Source: a virus. Taken from it: DNA of 64,000 nucleotides. The position numbers and the translations under genes were made by a program. Positions within the stretch are counted from its first letter, which is position 1. Each line of letters starts with the position of its first letter. The stretch lies in IMG/VR virus record IMGVR_UViG_3300025009_000052; one strand, given 5' to 3'. Below the pieces are notes generated by a model that saw only the letters and a list, made by a program, of their open reading frames with translations, ran no database searches and was not told the DNA's origin. Of this stretch, positions 19,932 through 29,112 are shown in pieces.

Positions 19932-21416
19932 CTAATAAAATTGTACAGTTTCACCCGTTTCTTCGTAATATTCTATGCGTTTTTTTAACTGTTGTTCTAA
20001 AATAGGCTGTCCAGTTACCCTAAAGTCGTAAATCATCGTAAAGGGTTTAGGTTTATGAAAAGAAGCATATTTGGAAATTTCTAGTTTTCTGGTAGACCTT
20101 CCCATTGGGCCCTGTTTTGTGACAACTTCAGAACTTCCACCCATTAAATTAATAGTATTGTGTGTGGGGTAAATATTAGTACCCGTAGCAATAGCTTTGG
20201 TTCCAATTAATATCTTACTGTCCCCTCTATTAAACCTATCAACCTGTTCCTGTAAGCTAACCTTATCTAGACCATATAGGGCGGCTTCTGCTTTACTACT
20301 ACTGTGAACATACCCGTAAGGAACTCTTAAAAGCTCAGATACCATCTGGATCTGAGACAGCTCTTCAACCAATATAAGGGTTGATTCTTTTTTAAGTTCC
20401 CAACTAGCATTGGCTATTTTAGCGGCAATTTCTATTATATTGGTGTTATGAAGAAAGTGCTCTCTTTTACACTCAATAGGATCTGTCTTTTTCTTAGTAG
20501 AGGGAGAGAAGGTAGTAATAACCTTAAACTTTAATGGACATAGATATCCTTGGGCAATAGCGTCTTGAATCGATAATGTCCAAACAGTTTTTCCTATGAT
20601 AGAGTACAGCAATATCTCACCCCCGTCTCCACGGCTCTGAGTGGCAGATACAAGAGCTCTATAGGGTATGTTAGCTAAGGCTCCATGACACGTTTTTTCA
20701 AGGGTTTCTGATCCGAATTGATGGCTTTCATCAATTAGCATAGCTTGTTTATCAGCAAAGAACTTATACTCAGGAGACCCCTCTTTAAGCATAGTTAGTG
20801 ACTTACCAATCGCTATCGTAATTGGTTTTTTAATATCTTTTTTTCCATCCCCAAAACCGCCCACCATAAAAGATCCGAAATGATACTCAAATTTTTCTAA
20901 TAATTCCATAAATATTGATCTTGAGGGGGTAGCCACTACTGTTCTTAGCCCCATTAATTGGGCTAACATCAATAAAATCAAAGACTTACCACTACCTGTA
21001 GAAAGTTCGATATTTCCATGTTTTTCGTTAAGTAAACTATTAACTGATCCCACCTGATACAGATATGGTGTTAAATCTAGGCTATTTTGCCATTTATAAG
21101 GTTTAAATTCAGGATATTCGACCAGATTTTCAACAGGAATATCTAATTTTAGATAAGGAACGCTTCCGGGTCTAATGTAGTAACCACCTGAATCTTCAAA
21201 TAAAAGGGTGGTTTTCTTTTGTGATTCTAATTCATTAATTCTATCCTGCCAAGCATCTGGATCTTTATTCCTTAACCACCGCATTTTTTTAACCTTACTA
21301 ATCTGAAAGACGATATCTTTATTCGTAAAGGTTAATTGTTGGCGAACCCAATTGATGTTTTCCTCTGTAAAATTAACTAGATATGCTTTAATAGGCGTTG
21401 TTATAACAATCTTCAT
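19932..21416 (-). CDS. SF2 DNA helicase (UvsW-like)
   Basis: STGSGKS, DESH, SAT, QGPMGRSTR; likely start MKIVITTP at 21416. Confidence 0.9.
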   Translation of the reverse strand: MKIVITTPIKAYLVNFTEENINWVRQQLTFTNKDIVFQISKVKKMRWLRNKDPDAWQDRINELESQKKTTLLFEDSGGYYIRPGSVPYLKLDIPVENLVEYPEFKPYKWQNSLDLTPYLYQVGSVNSLLNEKHGNIELSTGSGKSLILLMLAQLMGLRTVVATPSRSIFMELLEKFEYHFGSFMVGGFGDGKKDIKKPITIAIGKSLTMLKEGSPEYKFFADKQAMLIDESHQFGSETLEKTCHGALANIPYRALVSATQSRGDGGEILLYSIIGKTVWTLSIQDAIAQGYLCPLKFKVITTFSPSTKKKTDPIECKREHFLHNTNIIEIAAKIANASWELKKESTLILVEELSQIQMVSELLRVPYGYVHSSSKAEAALYGLDKVSLQEQVDRFNRGDSKILIGTKAIATGTNIYPTHNTINLMGGSSEVVTKQGPMGRSTRKLEISKYASFHKPKPFTMIYDFRVTGQPILEQQLKKRIEYYEETGETVQFY

Positions 21417-21437
21417 AACTATATATACCACAAAAGC

Positions 21438-21445
21438 AATCTTTA
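21438..21445 (+). promoter_or_regulatory. candidate late promoter AATCTTTA, back-to-back with an extended -10 promoter on the minus strand
   Basis: 4 nt upstream of ATG 21450 (lysis operon). Confidence 0.55.
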
Positions 21446-21449
21446 ATTT

Positions 21450-22262
21450 ATGGAAAACTACATAGATATATCCCATGGCATGGAATTGTGGCCAGATAAA
21501 ATACCGAATCACCGAGAAAATGAAAACGGAATCCATTTTTTAGTGATTTATTATATCCTAAAAGATATAATAGGAACACTAAATCAAGATGATTTAACTA
21601 CCTTCAGAAGAATTGTTTATAATCTACAAACATTTGATACTCAAGGTCAAAAAGTCAAAGGACTTTATGATCGTGGAGCTTACGAATCTTTAAATCCCGA
21701 CAAGACAAATATTAGGACAATTAGCCACGACAATATAAATTCAATCGCTTGTTTTTCTAAGATACTAAACACACCCTATCATAAGGAAATTTACGATCAC
21801 GGTAAAGATAATTGGTGGAGATTTGATAATGTTTATCCAGAAAAACCAAGATGGTCTAGACTTATGCATCCAAGGGACATTATCTTTTGGTCATATTTAG
21901 CTAATAAGTTTTTATCTAAGTTTTTCATATGGGAACCAATGATAGAATGTTTATTAACATGCTATTTTAAATACGATTCTAGACCACAGCTACATGAACG
22001 AATCTGGTATTTTATTACTAGTAAGGAATATACAAAAATAACTGGGATAGCAACTAGCGGGAAATTACTAGCTTTTGTTAGACTATATACTGTAAAAAAC
22101 ACTTGGTTCGGTAAATTAACTTGGAAGCTGTGTACTAAGTTTATCAATAGGGATTTTGAGGAAGGCTGGTTTGGGGTAATATCTTTTTATTTTAAAAATC
22201 CTGATCACCCTATTAATTTACTTGCTAAAGAAATATATAATAACAATAAGGAGATGTTCTAA
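21450..22262 (+). CDS. Trp-rich hypothetical protein coupled to the endolysin
   Basis: 270-aa ORF; stop overlaps the endolysin start. Confidence 0.7.
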   Translation: MENYIDISHGMELWPDKIPNHRENENGIHFLVIYYILKDIIGTLNQDDLTTFRRIVYNLQTFDTQGQKVKGLYDRGAYESLNPDKTNIRTISHDNINSIACFSKILNTPYHKEIYDHGKDNWWRFDNVYPEKPRWSRLMHPRDIIFWSYLANKFLSKFFIWEPMIECLLTCYFKYDSRPQLHERIWYFITSKEYTKITGIATSGKLLAFVRLYTVKNTWFGKLTWKLCTKFINRDFEEGWFGVISFYFKNPDHPINLLAKEIYNNNKEMF

Positions 22263-22627
22263 TGTACAAGTTTGGACCAAAAAGTTTAAAAGTAAGAGGG
22301 GAATTACATCCTGATTTGCAAATTATAGTGGACGAGTTAATTAAAAAAAGAGATGTTAGTTTACTATGTGGATATCGGGGAGAAGAAGATCAGAATAAGG
22401 CTTTTGAATCGGGAAATAGTAAGTTAAAATACCCCCAATCTAAACATAATAAGAAACCAAGCGAAGCTGTCGATGCGGCGCCCTACCCGATTGACTGGAG
22501 TGATATAAAAAGATTTGAAGACATGTGCAATCTAGTTGAAGAGATTGCTAAGGCTAAAAACATCAAAATAAGGCTCGGGAGGAACTTTAGTTTTGTTGAT
22601 TGGCCACATATTGAGCTTATTGACTAA
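22262..22627 (+). CDS. M15 family L-Ala-D-Glu peptidase endolysin (T5-like)
   Basis: GYR..EDQ, SKH...AVD, DWPHIEL. Confidence 0.92.
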   Translation: MYKFGPKSLKVRGELHPDLQIIVDELIKKRDVSLLCGYRGEEDQNKAFESGNSKLKYPQSKHNKKPSEAVDAAPYPIDWSDIKRFEDMCNLVEEIAKAKNIKIRLGRNFSFVDWPHIELID

Positions 22628-23660
22628 TTTTTAAATTTTTTCCGTTAAATAATCTAAAATTTCTTGAGTCCATTAGGGCTACTATCTTGTGGAGCATAAT
22701 AACTTCTTTATTGTACGATTTATCTGTAACTCGAAAATATGATTTTTTAATATTGTCTTTATGGTTTCTTAAAACTCTAGCAAAAAGCTGAAAGCTTGAG
22801 TCTATATTAGAACTTTTTTTCATGTCAATTAATGTTGTGATATTAGGGTCGTTAAATCCTAAGATTCCACGGTCAACAACTATTAATACGTCGTATTTTC
22901 CATTTTTGAATTCATTAATGTTTTTATTTTCTTTGTCGTTTGAGCTAGTACTTACTACGCATTTTCTACCAATTGATTTTAAGTAGTTAACTACTGTATT
23001 GGCCTGTAAAATGCTTCCACAAGCTATCATAACTTTGGATAAATTGGCTTGTCTATCTTGTAACTTACCCCAGACATCTTTGATATTGTTTTGGAAACCT
23101 ACTCCTATAACGTCCATATCTACAGCAGAAAAAACGTCATTTTTTTGTAATTCGTCTGCTGATATATAGTACATCCCATATTTTTTAGAACTAGTTTGGT
23201 TGTGAAGGTTAAATTTACTTGGGGTTCCCGACATAAGGACAATATGTTCTGGGCGGTATTTATTAATTATCTTTTGATCTGTATTTTCTAAAAACCACCG
23301 ATGACACTCGTCAACTATTAATAAATCTACCTTATCCCATTCTAACTTATTAATTCCCTGTGGTAAGCCGACTTGAACCTGAGCGTTTGATCCAAATGTT
23401 CCGTAGGTAAAGCGTATATGGACATTAGCGTCTTTTAATTCTGCAAGGTATTGATCTTGTAAAGTTTTTTGACCTTCGGTTAAAACGAGTATATTTGCAT
23501 TTGGATATATTTGGATATATTTATTAATTATAATATGGGATATTGTGGTTTTTCCTGAGTTTGGACAAGCAGCTAATACTGACGCTATGTATTGTTTATT
23601 TAAAGCGTTTTTTAAGACTTGTTCTGCGGCTTCTGTTTGGTATTTATAATTTGCTTTCAT
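22617..23660 (-). CDS. compact SF2 helicase/ATPase (Res-like)
   Basis: CPNSGKT, DECH, SGTP, GFN, QLFARVLR. Confidence 0.85.
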   Translation of the reverse strand: MKANYKYQTEAAEQVLKNALNKQYIASVLAACPNSGKTTISHIIINKYIQIYPNANILVLTEGQKTLQDQYLAELKDANVHIRFTYGTFGSNAQVQVGLPQGINKLEWDKVDLLIVDECHRWFLENTDQKIINKYRPEHIVLMSGTPSKFNLHNQTSSKKYGMYYISADELQKNDVFSAVDMDVIGVGFQNNIKDVWGKLQDRQANLSKVMIACGSILQANTVVNYLKSIGRKCVVSTSSNDKENKNINEFKNGKYDVLIVVDRGILGFNDPNITTLIDMKKSSNIDSSFQLFARVLRNHKDNIKKSYFRVTDKSYNKEVIMLHKIVALMDSRNFRLFNGKNLKISQ

Positions 23661-23666
23661 ACTTAG

Positions 23667-23695
23667 ATACTAGCATGGTAAGGGTGTTTTGTCAA
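23667..23695 (-). promoter_or_regulatory. sigma70 promoter TTGACA-17-TAGTAT, apparently leaderless
   Basis: Consensus -35, 17-bp spacer, TG extension; ATG 6 nt after -10. Confidence 0.8.
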
Positions 23696-23696
23696 T

Positions 23697-23720
23697 AAAA
23701 AAGCCCCTCAGGAGAGGGGC
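23697..23720 (-). terminator. intrinsic terminator
   Basis: GCCCCTC/GAGGGGC hairpin followed by U-tract on the minus strand. Confidence 0.75.
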
Positions 23721-23743
23721 CAATGCAATGAATTAACTTATGG

Positions 23744-23950
23744 CTACTTTATAGAGTTTTTAGATACTCTAAATGATTTTTCTTTTTTTACTAAATCGTG
23801 TAATTCCCATACTTTATCAGATTCTTCCTCAACTCCAGAGTAGATTTCCGACTCCATCAAAACTTCGGTCATATCATTTAATATTTCAATTCTATTATGT
23901 AAAGAAATCGATAATATTCTTAATTGGTCATCACTAAATTTACTAAACAT
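23744..23950 (-). CDS. small hypothetical protein
   Basis: AAGGAGG RBS, 68 aa. Confidence 0.7.
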   Translation of the reverse strand: MFSKFSDDQLRILSISLHNRIEILNDMTEVLMESEIYSGVEEESDKVWELHDLVKKEKSFRVSKNSIK

Positions 23951-23962
23951 AATTGCCTCCTT

Positions 23963-23999
23963 AAAAAAAGAGGCGGTACGCCGATGAAAACGTACCGCC
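23963..23999 (-). terminator. intrinsic terminator with a possible antiterminator
   Basis: 9-bp stem GGCGGTACG/CGTACCGCC plus U-tract; the loop is complementary to upstream CCGATGA. Confidence 0.75.
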
Positions 24000-24065
24000 C
24001 AATATCATCGGTCAGAGAATACCACTCCTTCCCTTCCAGTTCTGTGGCTGAAGTCTCTGTAGCTT

Positions 24066-24245
24066 CTAAAATTCGTCTTCTTCTGTCTTTTCTAAGCCGC
24101 CTTCTCTTAATTCATCTAAGAATTTTCCAAAAGCTTCGGCTTCTTCGTCAGTGCAGGTTTCTATTTCTTCAGCATTTTTATCCTCTATTTCCTGCTCTGT
24201 AAGTTCCCTTTCTGTATATTCTTGTTCGATGGACTTATCTTTCAT
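24066..24245 (-). CDS. 59-aa highly acidic protein (not in ORF track)
   Basis: MKDKSIEQEYTERELTEQEIEDKNAEEIETCTDEEAEAFGKFLDELREGGLEKTEEDEF; GGAG RBS; sigma70 promoter upstream. Confidence 0.75.
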   Translation of the reverse strand: MKDKSIEQEYTERELTEQEIEDKNAEEIETCTDEEAEAFGKFLDELREGGLEKTEEDEF

Positions 24246-24263
24246 TGTGTCTCCGATATATTC

Positions 24264-24292
24264 ATACTAACACGGTATAATAAATAAGTCAA
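24264..24292 (-). promoter_or_regulatory. sigma70 promoter TTGACT-17-TAGTAT
   Basis: Near-consensus boxes with TG extension. Confidence 0.75.
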
Positions 24293-24304
24293 CAACTATT
24301 TTGA

Positions 24305-25657
24305 TTATTTTTTGAATTTGTCGTATTCTGTTATTAACGACTTACCATCAAATAACCAACTTGTTTCGGCTTTTTTTCCATGTGGGTGTCTTTCGGCCTT
24401 AATTCTAACGCCTAAATGCTGATTGGTTTGTGGGTGTCTAACGTCTTCTATTGAATACCCAGGCTCTCCACCTAATGCTTGTATTAAGTGTCTCTGTCTC
24501 ATCTCAGTATGTTTAGGATTTGAACCAATGCTTGTGCCAGATAAATGTAGATGCCGATCATTGTCGTTGATAATTTGCTTATTTAGATTAAGCAATGTAT
24601 TTCTAAATTCTGGATTTTTTTGAAGATTGTTTTTACGATCATAGATGTTCCATAATTTCCTATGGGTCGAATCCATATCCTGTGCGGTAACCGGTTTTTT
24701 CTTAAAGATCATGTGTTTTTGTTTCCAAACTAACTTACCATTATTTGCTTGATGCGCAATCTTATGATCAAATTTATTTTCTTTAAGTTGATTGTCTGGA
24801 TGTTCCATTCCAGCCTTGTCGTTATTGTCGAAACGCCAATTGCCATAATTATCTTGATAAGACTTTTTTAAACTAAGTGGTTGAAGTTTTCCGTATTTTT
24901 CTCTTTGATTTTTAAGTTCGTCCCACCCCTTACCTTTGTAAGCCACATAGCCACCTTCGTTAAATCCCCAGTTCGGAGCTAAAAACGCCATGGCGCAACG
25001 TTCATTTGGATGATTCCCCGAAATACTTGGAGTTGGGTCTCCTTTTTTGTGATATCCATGACTTAGCTCTGACAGTCTCCACGTTCGTGGGGTAACTCCG
25101 TCGGGTAATAGATATACACGTTTGCATTCGGAACATGTCCTCTCGTCATTGGAAACTATATAGAATACAACGGGATCATCAATTCCTTGCGATGCTCCTA
25201 CTTTAGCTATTTGCAAGGCTGTTCCCATATTAGCAGCCTTACTAGATTCACAATTGGCAATTAATTTAAAATGATTTTTGGCAGAATCTATTTCCTCATT
25301 AAACATCCCATGAATTGTTTGAGCATCAATTTTTTTATCTTTCGTAGTTTTATCCCTTATATATCCATCAATTCTATTAGTAACCTTGGCTTTGGTTTTT
25401 TGCTTGAGAGATTCGATATAACCATTTGCTATACGCAGCAACGATTTTAAAGTATCCTCTTCACTTTTATTTGGATCTTTAGTCCCAAGAGACTGTAAAA
25501 ATAAAGATGTTAGGCTGTTTTTAGATGTAGAAAAAATAATTTTCTTTTCTCTGCTAATTTTAGGAATTAATCCTAGAAACTCCAACGTAATTGGATCAAA
25601 TCTTTCATCTACTAATTTTTCTAAAGCCTCAATTGATTTTAAAGTTAGACCCTTCAT
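24305..25657 (-). CDS. MuF/SPP1 gp7-like head morphogenesis protein with C-terminal extension
   Basis: DERTCSEC...HPNERC (MuF HPNCRC-like), downstream of the portal; ~185-aa extension after LKKS. Confidence 0.75.
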   Translation of the reverse strand: MKGLTLKSIEALEKLVDERFDPITLEFLGLIPKISREKKIIFSTSKNSLTSLFLQSLGTKDPNKSEEDTLKSLLRIANGYIESLKQKTKAKVTNRIDGYIRDKTTKDKKIDAQTIHGMFNEEIDSAKNHFKLIANCESSKAANMGTALQIAKVGASQGIDDPVVFYIVSNDERTCSECKRVYLLPDGVTPRTWRLSELSHGYHKKGDPTPSISGNHPNERCAMAFLAPNWGFNEGGYVAYKGKGWDELKNQREKYGKLQPLSLKKSYQDNYGNWRFDNNDKAGMEHPDNQLKENKFDHKIAHQANNGKLVWKQKHMIFKKKPVTAQDMDSTHRKLWNIYDRKNNLQKNPEFRNTLLNLNKQIINDNDRHLHLSGTSIGSNPKHTEMRQRHLIQALGGEPGYSIEDVRHPQTNQHLGVRIKAERHPHGKKAETSWLFDGKSLITEYDKFKK

Positions 25658-26253
25658 TATTTTACATCTAACCCGCTTGCAGCAATGATTTTAGAAATAT
25701 CGTTTGACTCTATTTCTTTTCTTTTATTGGCTTCGTCTTCCCATTTTTTCAAAACACTATCGACTATTTTCTTTTGCGAGGACTCTATTTGCTTTTTGCT
25801 TCTTTGTATCTTATCTTTCTGCGATTTTCTCAACTCAGCCAATTTCAAAACAGCTTCTCTCATAGAGAGAACGGTAGGTTTCTCACCCTTTTGAACCAGT
25901 GATTCTAATTCTTGAATATGTTGGTCTAACTGACTAGCGTCCTGACCATCTTGGGGCTCTTCCACCATTTGGTCATCTTGCGATGGGTCTTGGCCCATTT
26001 CTTGGCCCATTTCCTGTTCCTGCATTGCTTGCTCCTCTTCTGGAGAAACTGGTTGGCCATTTGGATCAACTTGTCCCTGGGCCATTTGCTGTTGTTGCAT
26101 CAACATTTGTTGGGCTTGCTGAGCCTGTTGCTGTTGGGCTTGTTTTTGGGCCTCGTCAAATCCTTTTTCGTACCCTAACCTAAAGGAAACATCCATATTT
26201 TCCAGCATTTTTGATCTTAATTCGAGGTATTTTGTTTTGTAATCTAGTGCCAT
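25657..26253 (-). CDS. Gln-rich head-module protein
   Basis: Between portal and MuF; low-complexity Q/E segment. Confidence 0.65.
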   Translation of the reverse strand: MALDYKTKYLELRSKMLENMDVSFRLGYEKGFDEAQKQAQQQQAQQAQQMLMQQQQMAQGQVDPNGQPVSPEEEQAMQEQEMGQEMGQDPSQDDQMVEEPQDGQDASQLDQHIQELESLVQKGEKPTVLSMREAVLKLAELRKSQKDKIQRSKKQIESSQKKIVDSVLKKWEDEANKRKEIESNDISKIIAASGLDVK

Positions 26254-26264
26254 TTTATCTCCTA

Positions 26265-28055
26265 TTATTTATCACTTTCATCGTCCAAGTAATCTTTCAC
26301 AAGTACCTTAAGCGTATCGTATGTATTTTTTCTAGTAGCGTAATATGCCATTACTGCTGCTGGGTTAAATTGAGCTAATTGTGATATGTGTTGAAAAAAG
26401 AATTGATCTCTTTTGTATTTTAAAATAGGGTCAACAAAAGAAGCTGGGCTCTCTGTTAATTCCCCAATAACCCTAGAGGTATCCATATAGGTATCAAAAA
26501 TTTGGCGAATCATTATGTTAAATGGTATTTTCCCACCCAAATGAGTTCCTATCTGTTCTTTTTCAACCTCTTCCATTATTGCGTCATAGTTGTAATGGAG
26601 TGGTGCATCTTGCTGTAATCTTACCGACTCTTGCTGTTTAGTTTCAGCATCTAAACCAGATAGTGCAATATAGCAAAGCTGAGATAATTCTGGATCCATA
26701 ATAGGGAATAGCTTTTCATTTAAGAAATCCTGAATCTTTAAAATCAAGGGTCTTAGTCCGCCATCCCTAGAGGCCACCAATTTGTATTCATTGCTTGTTT
26801 CAGCCATCGAACTTTGGTTTGTGCCCCTAGACAAATGTTGGAAGCCAGGTAACTCGTCTGGACTCATATTAAATGCAGATAAAATATTTCTAGTTACCTG
26901 ATCGTATAAGAATTGAAACTCACCATCTCTTTTTTGATTAGAGGTTTGAGTCCAAGTAACCACATCTTCTTTACCTACACCAAAAATAGGGGTTCTAAAG
27001 CTATTACCAACGTCATTAATTGAAGCGTTGTATTGTTGTTTAATATCTTCCAAAACACTTTGGTCAATCTCGTCCGATTGGATAACCAACATTCCCCTAG
27101 CACCACGGCCATTTTGGAAGTAAAGCTTATTGTAAAGTTCAATTGATTGAAAAGTAGTTATAGAACTAACAATAGTGTCTAATGGAGGAACTGGGTAGCC
27201 ATTATGCTCAACGTCTGAGGATGGGAATAAATTATAAACCAACATTTCTTCTGGAGCAAAAGCTTGTCTGGGCATTCCGTCTATTACTTGGACCCATGCA
27301 TACTCATCTTCTTCAAATTTCTTTTTATCAATTTTTTTATACTCAATATCACCAGTAATACTTTCTAATAAAGAAAGGGACGACATTCTAATTGATTCAG
27401 CAGTTTCGCCCTTTTTAACCGTAGGGTAAATAGTTCCAGCATCGGCAGGTCTAAACCTATGGAATTCTTTAGTATTGGTGTCGTAAATAATTTCAGTTGA
27501 GAATCTACCAAACGAAAGTCCGTTTCTAGCGCTTAAATCTAAAAACTCAGATAGGGTCATTTTTTCGTCTTCTTTAACCCCTTCCGTATTACCACAATTA
27601 ATCAATAATTTAGTAAAATTATCAATTCTTTCTTGAATTTTAACCATTTGTTCTGGTTCAATAAAATCTTTAAAATCACCTCTTACGTCTACCTTAATAC
27701 CCACATCAAAGCGGTCTTTTTTAGGGTGACCCATCATTGATAACGCATTGCCTCTAGTTCTTAAGATAGCGGCAATTAAAAGGTTCTTAACCCTAATATC
27801 TTTAATTACAGCGTCGGGAAGTAGATCCCTCTTGATCTTATATATCCCAGCATAATTATTGTAATTATTGGGTTTTTCCATAAAAGCAAGTCTAGGAACA
27901 TGCTTATTATTGTTGGAAGAACCCGTAGCTTTTTTAATAAAATCCATCATAGTAGGATTAGCAGAAGAACTCTTCATAATAATATCGTTTAGGTCGTCCT
28001 GGGCGTTTTGGATTTCTGATTGAGCATAGGTAATAGTATGTTTTTTATCTGCCAT
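26265..28055 (-). CDS. portal protein
   Basis: NGYPVPPL, YNKLYFQNG..G.L, ILSAFNMSPDEL, GLRPL (HK97-type portal pattern); near terminase. Confidence 0.88.
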   Translation of the reverse strand: MADKKHTITYAQSEIQNAQDDLNDIIMKSSSANPTMMDFIKKATGSSNNNKHVPRLAFMEKPNNYNNYAGIYKIKRDLLPDAVIKDIRVKNLLIAAILRTRGNALSMMGHPKKDRFDVGIKVDVRGDFKDFIEPEQMVKIQERIDNFTKLLINCGNTEGVKEDEKMTLSEFLDLSARNGLSFGRFSTEIIYDTNTKEFHRFRPADAGTIYPTVKKGETAESIRMSSLSLLESITGDIEYKKIDKKKFEEDEYAWVQVIDGMPRQAFAPEEMLVYNLFPSSDVEHNGYPVPPLDTIVSSITTFQSIELYNKLYFQNGRGARGMLVIQSDEIDQSVLEDIKQQYNASINDVGNSFRTPIFGVGKEDVVTWTQTSNQKRDGEFQFLYDQVTRNILSAFNMSPDELPGFQHLSRGTNQSSMAETSNEYKLVASRDGGLRPLILKIQDFLNEKLFPIMDPELSQLCYIALSGLDAETKQQESVRLQQDAPLHYNYDAIMEEVEKEQIGTHLGGKIPFNIMIRQIFDTYMDTSRVIGELTESPASFVDPILKYKRDQFFFQHISQLAQFNPAAVMAYYATRKNTYDTLKVLVKDYLDDESDK

Positions 28056-28062
28056 ATTTCAC

Positions 28063-29019
28063 CTATTCTGCTGTTATACAGTAAACCCTACAAATATCAG
28101 TAGTTGGGTTTTCAATTGTTAAACTAGTTATATTGGATTTAGTTAAAAACATACCTGGCTTAACCACTCCATTGATAGAAAAGGGCTCTATAATATTTGT
28201 TACTACTGACCCATTTATTTTAATATTTAATTTACCGTCTGATTCGATATAAACAAATTGTTGGCTAGATTGGTATATTGAAATAGCACTAGGAGAATTA
28301 CTTACAGCAGTTTCACTTGGCAAAACACCAATTGAACTAAACTCTATATAGTCATGACTTACGTCTGTAATTTCATAAGTTCCTTGACTAACTAAGCTAA
28401 ACCCATCTACGATGGCTAATTTATCACCAATTTGAACACCGGCGGAAGTATATATATTAACCTGTTGATCAAAATCCGCACCTAAAACAATTGATGACTC
28501 TTCTACTCCCGTTTCGTTTTCAATACTAAAAGAAGTAGCGCTTCTGGCTATAATTTTAAACTCACCTTGATTACTTTGGTTAAATAATGTACCGATTCTA
28601 ACTCTGTCACCAACCTGTACTAATCCGGTGACTAAACTAAAAGCGGTTCCAGAGGTAGAGGTAAATGTCAATACTTTACCATTTTTAGTAACGCTAACTT
28701 CGGTATCGGCAGCAGCTCCAGAAACCCTAGGTGTTCTAAAAAGAGGGGCGGTTCCTGAATTATGAGAGATTACATATATACTGGAAGTACCTGATTTTAA
28801 AGCAATATCATATGTAGTGGTAGCGTCGCTATTTAAAGAAACGGATCCAGAAAACAAATTTAAAGATTCTCCAGAAGCTAAAGAAATCAATTTACTAACC
28901 GGTTGATCTATTTCTAAACCTAAATATTCCCTATGCCACTTGAAGGAATTTAAGGTAGGATCGTTTTGATTATCGTTTTCATATCCATTCATGTGTACGA
29001 TTAGATTCATTTTACTCAT
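28063..29019 (-). CDS. beta-rich virion structural protein
   Basis: Ser/Thr/Gly-rich with repeated VQ.GD.V.I modules; between terminase and portal. Confidence 0.55.
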   Translation of the reverse strand: MSKMNLIVHMNGYENDNQNDPTLNSFKWHREYLGLEIDQPVSKLISLASGESLNLFSGSVSLNSDATTTYDIALKSGTSSIYVISHNSGTAPLFRTPRVSGAAADTEVSVTKNGKVLTFTSTSGTAFSLVTGLVQVGDRVRIGTLFNQSNQGEFKIIARSATSFSIENETGVEESSIVLGADFDQQVNIYTSAGVQIGDKLAIVDGFSLVSQGTYEITDVSHDYIEFSSIGVLPSETAVSNSPSAISIYQSSQQFVYIESDGKLNIKINGSVVTNIIEPFSINGVVKPGMFLTKSNITSLTIENPTTDICRVYCITAE

Positions 29020-29048
29020 TTTTTCTCCAAAAATTAAAGGTCACTAGT

Positions 29049-29056
29049 TAAAGATT
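29049..29056 (-). promoter_or_regulatory. candidate late promoter AATCTTTA
   Basis: Upstream of the portal operon. Confidence 0.55.
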
Positions 29057-29112
29057 GGTATTATTAACCCAAATACCAATTAAAATCACTATTTTTTCGA
29101 TAAAAAACATAT

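Noticed and set aside
24020-24050. Cobalamin riboswitch (AGCCAC..GGGAAG look-alike)
   Set aside because: Other B12-element motifs are missing and the element is too short
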